A stretch of 64,000 nucleotides of DNA from positions 17,008 through 81,007 of IMG/VR virus record IMGVR_UViG_3300013232_000197; one strand, given 5' to 3'. Every line of letters starts with the position of its first letter. Position 1 is the stretch's first letter. This DNA comes from a virus (taxonomy: Duplodnaviria; Caudoviricetes). The position numbers and the translations under genes were made by a program. This document shows, in pieces, positions 1-6,795 of this stretch. Under the pieces are notes generated by a model. That model saw only the letters and a program-made list of their open reading frames with translations. It had not been told where the DNA came from and made no database searches.

Positions 1-42
1 CACTATTGTTGGTTGTTTATTCTATTTCTACGTTACGAGAGC

Positions 43-70
43 ATTATATCTTACTCTGCGAAAATGTCAA
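43..70 (-). promoter_or_regulatory. sigma70-type promoter TTGACA-16-TATAAT
   Basis: Minus strand reads TTGACA ttttcgcagagtaaga TATAAT. Confidence 0.75.
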
Positions 71-88
71 GGATTTTTTGATCATCGG

Positions 89-217
89 TTAATCCAGTCT
101 ATCCATGATACCCATTACCACAACCATTGCCATAGCTATCATATAGTTGGCAAGAGGTAGTGGCCATATGGCAAAGGTAAACACTATCCACGCAATGACC
201 CATACAATGATTTTCAT
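89..217 (-). CDS. small hydrophobic membrane protein (42 aa)
   Basis: Manual translation MKIIVWVIAWIVFTFAIWPLPLANYMIAMAMVVVMGIMDRLD; abuts the stop of 219..494. Confidence 0.55.
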   Translation of the reverse strand: MKIIVWVIAWIVFTFAIWPLPLANYMIAMAMVVVMGIMDRLD

Positions 218-218
218 A

Positions 219-494
219 TTATTGAGTCTTTTGTTTTGCAACGTGCATTGCAGATTCAAGTTCATTGGCTAGTTCTCGCAGAATATGGGGAGTAATAGTC
301 ACACCATACAATGCAAGAGTAGCAGCATTGCAATAAGATTGTAAAGTTAGCTCTTGATTAAGAAAAATACCTCCTGGTTCGCCGTTGGCGATAAACTTGG
401 TTGTCAGAGTCAACGACTCCCCACCGTTATCGTGTGGGTTAAAGTTGAAAGAATGAGTCTTGACCACTGCGTCTGCTTTAGGTTTTGTTTTCAT
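219..494 (-). CDS. hypothetical protein
   Basis: ORF packed in the minus-strand run downstream of the PARP gene. Confidence 0.65.
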   Translation of the reverse strand: MKTKPKADAVVKTHSFNFNPHDNGGESLTLTTKFIANGEPGGIFLNQELTLQSYCNAATLALYGVTITPHILRELANELESAMHVAKQKTQ

Positions 495-511
495 GTTATT
501 TACATTCCAAG

Positions 512-742
512 TTATACAATCGTAAACATTTCGTATTTGTATTCTTTGGACGCCCGTTCAACAAAATAATCAAATGTTTCCATATCACTTGAATGAGCAT
601 TGAACTCACTGATTTCATCCTCGGTAATTCCGAAGAGCTTATGGTAATCGTTTGGCTCAATATATTTTGCATTGGGATTGTTTATTTTAATCCCATGAAA
701 TCCAAAGGTATCGTTGAATACAATCCAGTAGGTCATTTGCAT
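512..742 (-). CDS. hypothetical protein
   Basis: Start overlaps the end of the PARP gene; same strand. Confidence 0.6.
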   Translation of the reverse strand: MQMTYWIVFNDTFGFHGIKINNPNAKYIEPNDYHKLFGITEDEISEFNAHSSDMETFDYFVERASKEYKYEMFTIV

Positions 743-2004
743 TCCAAGAGGTATCGGATATTGACTTGTTTGTTGCGATAAACGATCAGTTCATCATTAT
801 GCAAACTAGAACCTGCTTTGGCCCAGACGCTATCATAACCGCTGGGAGCGCCCGAATAAAGTGAGCTACGAGTTTCGTGAATCTTACCCATAGCAAAGTC
901 GCAGATGAATAGCCAGCCAGCATCACCGCTATTACCTTGACCCCAACGGCCATAAGTGTAACCAAGTGACTTAGTACTGTTAATCGCACCATAGATACCA
1001 TTACCAAACATCTTGCCAGCAATGGCTGCGGTGCTTGGAGGACTGACTTTCAATCCACTCTTGAGAATGGACAGACAGTTGGCTTGTGACGTGCCGTGGA
1101 ATACTTCTTTGATGGGGGACATGCTACGCTCAAAAGCGTGGTCCATATCGTGAATCGTCACCTTGAAGATTTCACGCACTCGCACGTTATCATAGCCATG
1201 CATACGTTTCTTGGACGTTTCAAAGTAGCGGTCCAAGCGGGCACGCTCTGCCATGTCCGTAAGTACATCCAAATCCACTTGGAAGACTTGCTCTTGCTTC
1301 TTAGCGGGAGTACCGGGAGTAACTGGAGCGGCAGTCTGAGTCGCTTGATAGGACGATTCCAATGAGTCAATCAAGTCGTTCTGCTTTTGGATAGCATTGT
1401 CATCGGGGATAACCGACTGAGTGTTGAAACGGCCCATGCCAAGAGACTGAGGAATGAGACGGAGATAGAGAGACAAAAGGCGGTCTGCGTCAGTCCCAAA
1501 CTTGCCATTGCGGACAAGGGGAGCCAGTTTAGCAAGCAAATCACGAGCCTCGGTCAATCCTTCCATTGTGACAATGCCGAGAGGGGTGGCGAACAATCCC
1601 GTGGTGGAGTTGTACGTAATCTGCGTGTTGGCAGTAATCTTGTGGACATTCGCTTGAACGAAGCGGGTAATTAGACGTTCCAACGTAGGGTTGGTAGATT
1701 TGATAAGCTGAGTACGGGCGATGGTATGAAGGTCACGGTCTTTGACCACATTACCAGATGCCAGAGAAGCGGTAGCTGCACCTACGGTTTTCAGTTCGGT
1801 GTACCCCTTCTTCAACTTTTCACGAAATTTCTTTTGGAGGTAGTCATCCCCACCTTGCCATTCACCAGACTCGCCAGTATTCCCGACTCGTCCCCAACTA
1901 GCCTTTACAGTGCCATCGTCAAACAATTGACCAATCCACCATTTGTTGTTGTTATCACTGACCTCGGTTTTGATCAGTTTGACTTCTTTGATTAGAGTTG
2001 CCAT
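733..2004 (-). CDS. WGR-domain poly(ADP-ribose) polymerase (WGR + helical regulatory domain + PARP catalytic domain)
   Basis: N-terminal ASWGRVG (WGR); helical segment PLGIVT..LSLYLRLIP; catalytic H-Y-E triad in FHGT, GKMFGNGIYGA and HNDELIVY. Confidence 0.9.
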   Translation of the reverse strand: MATLIKEVKLIKTEVSDNNNKWWIGQLFDDGTVKASWGRVGNTGESGEWQGGDDYLQKKFREKLKKGYTELKTVGAATASLASGNVVKDRDLHTIARTQLIKSTNPTLERLITRFVQANVHKITANTQITYNSTTGLFATPLGIVTMEGLTEARDLLAKLAPLVRNGKFGTDADRLLSLYLRLIPQSLGMGRFNTQSVIPDDNAIQKQNDLIDSLESSYQATQTAAPVTPGTPAKKQEQVFQVDLDVLTDMAERARLDRYFETSKKRMHGYDNVRVREIFKVTIHDMDHAFERSMSPIKEVFHGTSQANCLSILKSGLKVSPPSTAAIAGKMFGNGIYGAINSTKSLGYTYGRWGQGNSGDAGWLFICDFAMGKIHETRSSLYSGAPSGYDSVWAKAGSSLHNDELIVYRNKQVNIRYLLECK

Positions 2005-2013
2005 AATGGGGTG

Positions 2014-2041
2014 AGTATAGCGTTTTTATATTGGGAGTCAA
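2014..2041 (-). promoter_or_regulatory. sigma70-type promoter TTGACT-16-TATACT, 9 nt before the PARP ATG
   Basis: Read directly from the reverse complement. Confidence 0.75.
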
Positions 2042-2247
2042 GTGCCAAATGTTTGATCCTGGCATTTCTGGCAGATGCCGCTAATCGTAAACTCTTTACG
2101 ACTGAGTGCATCCCTAAACTCGGTATTGGGGTCAATGCTCTTTTTGCAAAAGACGCACTGGTTTGCAGTAATAGATGCTTTGCGGTCAACGCCAGTAAAA
2201 GACGTGAGTAACTGATCTATGGCTGTAGCTTTAGGTGTTGGGTTCAT
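2038..2247 (-). CDS. small CxxC..CxxC (zinc-binding) protein
   Basis: CVFC...CQKC; packed in the operon. Confidence 0.6.
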   Translation of the reverse strand: MNPTPKATAIDQLLTSFTGVDRKASITANQCVFCKKSIDPNTEFRDALSRKEFTISGICQKCQDQTFGT

Positions 2248-2249
2248 TG

Positions 2250-2441
2250 TTAAGGTTTTAGTTGTTCGGTGATTGTTTTAATGGCTTCCTCCCGAGTTGT
2301 CGCTTCAAATGGTTTTACAACTCGTTTAACAAATGGATTGTTGCGACAATCTTCTTCATAATCTTCATGATCACCAAACCATCGTTTGACTTGAATGGTA
2401 TCATTGGCGTGGAGATAACCCCACCACATTAGTTTGTTCAT
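2250..2441 (-). CDS. hypothetical protein
   Basis: ORF 2250..2462; ATG at 2441 (MNKLMWWG) preferred as start. Confidence 0.6.
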   Translation of the reverse strand: MNKLMWWGYLHANDTIQVKRWFGDHEDYEEDCRNNPFVKRVVKPFEATTREEAIKTITEQLKP

Positions 2442-2465
2442 ATGCTTATCTTCATCTCTCAAGGT

Positions 2466-2519
2466 TCACAACCTCATGACCAATAATTCAATCAGAGTAA
2501 AAGCGTTTTTCGTTTTCAT
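2466..2519 (-). CDS. 17-aa prepilin-motif micropeptide or gene remnant (MKTKNAFTLIELLVMRL)
   Basis: Manual translation; AFTLIELLV is the type IV prepilin cleavage/methylation motif; promoter TTGACT-16-TAGAAT (2556-2529) lies 9 nt upstream. Confidence 0.65.
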   Translation of the reverse strand: MKTKNAFTLIELLVMRL

Positions 2520-2765
2520 TGTGGGAGCATTCTACATCATCTGTAAAAAAAGTCAAGGGAGAAGTCAAACTTTTTTTCGCCGATGGAATCGGCCTTCACC
2601 AAAAATGGCAGCAAGCAGGCGTTCTTCTGGAGAAATGGCAAAGACCAAGGATTGTCTGGCTATCTGAGTTGCCCGATAGCAGTAATAGCACTTTGGCCCG
2701 CCTGAGTGGACGGAATGATACCGACATTTTCGTGGTGCAATGGCGAATTGTGGCATAAAAAGAAT

Positions 2766-2982
2766 GGGGTCAACTTGCTTCCGTTACGTCGTTCTTACGA
2801 TGGCACAAGAGAGTTTTGAATTCTGATGTTTGCACTTTGACTTTTGAGATATTGAGAGTTTAAGTTTGAACTACTGTTGGGAAACAGCAGGTATCTTTCT
2901 CTTTATCGTTAAAATAAATCCTTTGAAGGGATTAAAGATGCGCCGAGTGTAGAGGAACGATTTCACTTCCACAAGTTGCCCC
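2766..2982 (-). ncRNA. putative structured RNA downstream of the DIP1984-like gene
   Basis: Terminal helix GGGGCAACUUG/CAAGUUGACCCC, second helix UCGUUC/GAACGA, hairpins AAUCC/GGAUU and CUGCUGUU/AACAGUAG, and a YCAAA-repeat single-stranded tract. Confidence 0.65.
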
Positions 2983-2989
2983 AAATTTA

Positions 2990-3430
2990 TTACACCGTTT
3001 TTGTTGCGTTGTAAACATCCACTTGGTCTTGGAGGGCATTGATTTCCTCCTGAAGCTTCACGACCAAGGCATCACACTTTTCCTGATTGATACAGGAATT
3101 CCAAGTGTAAGTAAGTTTTTCTTGGTTGTAACCTACCGAAGTAATTTCTTCACCTTCCCGCTTATCCAGACCTTGAATGAATGAAATACGTGCTTTCAAT
3201 TCGGCCATACGCTCCAGCATTGGATAGATACCGATATTGGCAACGGTGATCTTACCCTTGAGTTCTCCCAACTGGGTGGATAACTCAAGAATCTTGGCCC
3301 ACACGGCGTCACGGTCCACTTTGGACACGTTATCGTTTCGGCGAGCATTCTCCCGCTGAAGGATTTGCTGTTGACGGACGAGTTCACCGGCGAGACGATT
3401 CTTTTGTTTAAGTGCTTGTGCGAGATTCAT
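2990..3430 (-). CDS. coiled-coil protein resembling the DIP1984 family
   Basis: MNLAQALKQKNRL start, heptad-like helices, C-terminal EINALQDQVDVYNATKTV; promoter TTGACA-17-TAGAGT at 3488-3460. Confidence 0.6.
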   Translation of the reverse strand: MNLAQALKQKNRLAGELVRQQQILQRENARRNDNVSKVDRDAVWAKILELSTQLGELKGKITVANIGIYPMLERMAELKARISFIQGLDKREGEEITSVGYNQEKLTYTWNSCINQEKCDALVVKLQEEINALQDQVDVYNATKTV

Positions 3431-3506
3431 GTTTGGTCCTTTTTGATTAATTCGGGCTTACTCTAACAGATTGTTGGTTGTTTGTCAATGACTTTTTAGA
3501 GAAATC

Positions 3507-4328
3507 TTACCATGCATCATCGTCATCTTTATGATCTGTAGGTATATCTGGTGTTATCATTTGAATGAGAGATGTTTGTGTAGCTGCACAGTCAATACGA
3601 GTTTTTGACATAGCAAAGTAATCTTTACTCATTTCAACCCCAACGAAACTTCTTCCCAGTCTTACGGCAACATCGCCACTAGTACCACTTCCCATAAAAG
3701 GGTCACAGATAACATCATCTTTATAGGAAAAGAGCTTGATGCACCGTATTGGTAATTCGGGTGGGAAAGCAGCAGGATGATCGGAGTTGGTTTGAGGATT
3801 CATGCTCCACAGATTTTTGATATAGGTCATGAAATCTTTGCCACTAATGGTAGATTCTCCTTTTGTTTTTCGTTTCCATTTGGTTTTGTAAAAGACCAAA
3901 ATACATTCATTGGGGTCAATAATAAATGGAGCGGACGCAGACCGCCAAGACCCCCAACAAGTTTTATTGCTTCCCATCTTTTGCCATATGATAGTACGAT
4001 AGTACTTGAATCCTGCGGCTTGACAAATCTCTATGTAATCTGCTGCTACAGGATAGTTGATGTCATCTTCTCCCTTAACTTTATTCAAGTGTTCGGGGGT
4101 AACTGAAAATGGGATATTGATACAAAGACGCCCATCATCGGCCATATAAAGAAACATTTTGGCAATCCATTTTTTACACCACGTCAAATATTGGGCATAA
4201 GTCATTGTATCTACATGCTTATCATATTCAATGCCTACGTTGTACGGTGGTGAGGTAACGACCAAGTTAATCGGTGGCAGTCCATCGAAGTTTGCTTTCA
4301 GGATGTCGTCGTTGATAAGTTTTATCAT
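3507..4328 (-). CDS. orphan N4-C/N6-A DNA methyltransferase (beta class)
   Basis: VTSPPY precedes HPAAFP and DPFMGSGTS; start set at MIKLIND because the -10 box overlaps ATG 4337. Confidence 0.92.
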   Translation of the reverse strand: MIKLINDDILKANFDGLPPINLVVTSPPYNVGIEYDKHVDTMTYAQYLTWCKKWIAKMFLYMADDGRLCINIPFSVTPEHLNKVKGEDDINYPVAADYIEICQAAGFKYYRTIIWQKMGSNKTCWGSWRSASAPFIIDPNECILVFYKTKWKRKTKGESTISGKDFMTYIKNLWSMNPQTNSDHPAAFPPELPIRCIKLFSYKDDVICDPFMGSGTSGDVAVRLGRSFVGVEMSKDYFAMSKTRIDCAATQTSLIQMITPDIPTDHKDDDDAW

Positions 4329-4335
4329 TCGTCCC

Positions 4336-4406
4336 ATTCTGTCATATTCTGCAAGTCAAGTCAAGTATTTTTAGGGCTTGACATTGATGCTGTTATGCGG
4401 TAAGCT
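4336..4406. promoter_or_regulatory. back-to-back divergent sigma70 promoters for the two methyltransferases
   Basis: Plus: TTGACA 4378-17-TAAGCT 4401. Minus: TTGACT 4364-17-CAGAAT 4341. Confidence 0.7.
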
Positions 4407-4415
4407 GATGTCACG

Positions 4416-5213
4416 ATGAATAACAATGCAATCTACTTGGGCGACACGCTCCAACTGTTGAAGTGGTTTCCTGAAAACTTTTTTGACATCACCGTTACTT
4501 CACCGCCGTACAATAAACAGAAGGCAAAGGGTAAACTGGTGAAAGAAGTAAAGTACCTCAAGGCAAATGATGCTCAAGATGAAACGGCTTATCAAGCTGA
4601 ACAGGTTGAAGTGTTAGATCAACTTTTCAGAGTTACCAAACCTGGTGGACATATCTTTTACAATCATAAACTGCGTTGGTTCGATGGTGTTATGGTGCAT
4701 CCTTTGACGTGGGTATCCAAATCGTTGTGGGACATTCGCCAAGAAATCATTTGGGATAGAATCATTGCGGGTAATCTGCGAGGATGGCGTTTCTGGCAAG
4801 TTGAGGAACGTATCTATTGGATGCAAAAGGGAATTACCAAAGGAGAAGAATTAGCGAGTAAGCACGCCAAAATGACTTCTATCTGGAGAATGTTTCCTGA
4901 GAATAAGTTTCCCAATCATCCAGCACCATTTCCAGTTGAATTGCCCACTCGTTGTATCTATAGCATTGCGAATGACAAAAATGGATTAAATATTTTGGAC
5001 CCATATTGTGGTACTGGTTCAACACTAGTCGCTGCCAAAACACTTGGGCATAACTATGTCGGGATTGATTGCTCTCAGGAATATATCGATCAAGCAAAAG
5101 CGAGATTGCAGAGTGCTAGTGGAGCGGTGGAAGCATTGCATGAAGTAGCACTTCATACTGTAAACAAAACGTATAAGGAACGGAAGGCAGCGAAAAAACT
5201 TCGAGAAAAATGA
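4416..5213 (+). CDS. orphan N4-C/N6-A DNA methyltransferase (beta class)
   Basis: VTSPPYN, HPAPFP, DPYCGTGST. Confidence 0.92.
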   Translation: MNNNAIYLGDTLQLLKWFPENFFDITVTSPPYNKQKAKGKLVKEVKYLKANDAQDETAYQAEQVEVLDQLFRVTKPGGHIFYNHKLRWFDGVMVHPLTWVSKSLWDIRQEIIWDRIIAGNLRGWRFWQVEERIYWMQKGITKGEELASKHAKMTSIWRMFPENKFPNHPAPFPVELPTRCIYSIANDKNGLNILDPYCGTGSTLVAAKTLGHNYVGIDCSQEYIDQAKARLQSASGAVEALHEVALHTVNKTYKERKAAKKLREK

Positions 5214-5312
5214 TGTTTTTCGTTTTGAGTACATACTTAATATCAGAAGCCCGAAGCTTCCCTAATAAGAGTGAACGCTAAAATCCCTCTTGAAAATTTT
5301 GCAAAATAGTCC

Positions 5313-5340
5313 TTGACTTTTCTTGTACATGTGCTATGAT
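5313..5340 (+). promoter_or_regulatory. promoter TTGACT-16-TATGAT with extended -10 TG
   Basis: 7 nt before ATG 5348. Confidence 0.75.
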
Positions 5341-5347
5341 GTTACCC

Positions 5348-5632
5348 ATGATAAGAGAAATAATGATCAAGCCAGTGTTGAATGGATTTGTTTGCAAAGT
5401 CGGTTGTCAGACAGTAGTGTTTGGAGATACTCTTACTTTGTCTCGGGAAATCAAAGCATATTATGATAATCCCGAGGCCACTGAGGCAAAATTTCTGGCG
5501 AAAGCGGTCAATAAGACCAATGATGGTCCGTGTATGCCAGAACCAGAACCAGCGCCGTGCGATGCGCCTCCAACACGATTGAATCGGATTACAAATGACT
5601 GTTGTGCCACAGAAGCACCGGCACGAAGATAA
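5348..5632 (+). CDS. hypothetical protein
   Basis: ORF with a leaderless promoter. Confidence 0.7.
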   Translation: MIREIMIKPVLNGFVCKVGCQTVVFGDTLTLSREIKAYYDNPEATEAKFLAKAVNKTNDGPCMPEPEPAPCDAPPTRLNRITNDCCATEAPARR

Positions 5633-5638
5633 TAGTAC

Positions 5639-5666
5639 TTGACATTTTCCGTGGTTGTGATATAGT
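5639..5666 (+). promoter_or_regulatory. promoter TTGACA-16-TATAGT; may also drive the ncRNA array
   Basis: 9 nt before ATG 5676; no terminator seen before 5878. Confidence 0.75.
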
Positions 5667-5675
5667 TGAGTTATT

Positions 5676-5873
5676 ATGACAAATGAAGATTTTTTAGAAT
5701 GGAACGCCGCCGTAGATCGATTGGCAAAGGAAATGCGTCCAACCCGCCTTGGGCCTATTACGGCACAAACGTTTATGGAAGAGGCCGAAAAGATGTTTAA
5801 GGAAAATGGTTGGAATTTTCAGGTGTATATTTCGGTCGGTGAAAGCGCATACCGAGCCAGAATGCCATTGTAA
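5676..5873 (+). CDS. hypothetical protein
   Basis: ORF with a leaderless promoter. Confidence 0.65.
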   Translation: MTNEDFLEWNAAVDRLAKEMRPTRLGPITAQTFMEEAEKMFKENGWNFQVYISVGESAYRARMPL

Positions 5874-6113
5874 TTTTGAGATGCATACAGCATATACCTT
5901 TAATGGAAAAGCGCATCTCGTTGTTTTAACGCTCCGACTAACCATCGGATAGTGGCAGAGGTACCTCCCACGAAAGGAAGCCGGTATGGTGCTGGCAGAG
6001 GAACTTCGGTGGTGGCTCCTGTAATAGGGAGTGTGCGCCGAGAACCAATTTCGTAGTGGTAGTCCGTGTAAAAGGGACTTTTGGCAAGGTAACGCCGACA
6101 CCACCGCTACATT

Positions 6114-6126
6114 TGATCTTTTGAAA
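6114..6126 (+). promoter_or_regulatory. boxA-like antitermination sequence TGATCTTTTGAAA
   Basis: Resembles the boxA consensus with one extra T; lies inside the ncRNA region. Confidence 0.3.
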
Positions 6127-6698
6127 TACAATTTGAGTGTCAGGAGCATTGGCTCCGATGGTGTCAACCGACCACAATCAAACTGGTGGTGAATCCACCT
6201 AACCTATCAAGGCATAGGCAACACCGTGGCACTCGTCAATTTAGGTCCGTACAGCAACAAAACCAAATTCATCTAAACATGAAAAAGAACGGAGATACTG
6301 GCATACTCCACCTATTCAGTTAGGAGAAATCTCAAGTGCTCTGAGGACGAACAGTAAACGTCTGGACCTAGCTCAATTTTAGATGCGTAACTGCAACACA
6401 AAAAATATCTAGTCGGTGGACCCGACACAAAACAATAACCCGGAAGTCTAACTGTAAAATGATATGCATCTAGTCACTTAAAAGAAGGGTTGATATCTGT
6501 ATGCCGTTAAGGATATTTTACCCGTGTTAAAGCCTATGGCAGCGGTTCACAAAGCTGTAGGAAAGATTTGCATAGTTGTTAGAAATAACATAAGTAATCA
6601 TCCTTCAAAATGGATAATGGATAAAAAAGGATGCGCTTATTCCGTAAAGCTATCCGACAAAGGACCAATGGAGTCGCTATCCAAGCAGGAATAAGTTG

Positions 6699-6727
6699 TT
6701 GACAGACTACCATTACTATGCGATATT
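6699..6727 (+). promoter_or_regulatory. promoter TTGACA-17-GATATT; predicted start at the 5' end of the last RNA unit
   Basis: Perfect -35, TG extended -10; unit 4 begins at 6732. Confidence 0.55.
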
Positions 6728-6795
6728 TTGTAAGATACTATCAGCAATTAGTTCTAGTATCTTGAACCCGAAAACAAAGAAAGGAAACATCCGTT

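Larger units (their letters stand above)
5878..6764 (+). ncRNA. structured ncRNA array upstream of the DUF2828/TROVE-like gene
   Basis: About 920 nt with no credible plus-strand gene; four stem-CAGCA/CTGCA-stem units (5878-5920, 6242-6371, 6380-6473, 6732-6764) separated by multi-hairpin blocks. Confidence 0.7.

Noticed and set aside
5998-6007. GAGGAACTTC resembling RNase P CR-I
   Set aside because: Other RNase P conserved regions were not found
5694-6177. ORFs 5694..6167(-) and 5938..6177(-)
   Set aside because: No motifs or promoter; they lie antisense to a real gene and the structured RNA
6185-6199. T-arm-like GGTGGTGAATCCACC as a tRNA or tmRNA
   Set aside because: No canonical acceptor/D/anticodon arms, TTC or CCA; kept only as part of the ncRNA block
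6701-6712. GACAGACTAC resembling the group I intron R element
   Set aside because: No matching S element or P7 partner found, no interrupted gene, and the sequence is explained as the -35 box and spacer of a promoter
5878-6764. CRISPR array
   Set aside because: The repeats are structural rather than identical, spacing is irregular, and there are no cas genes
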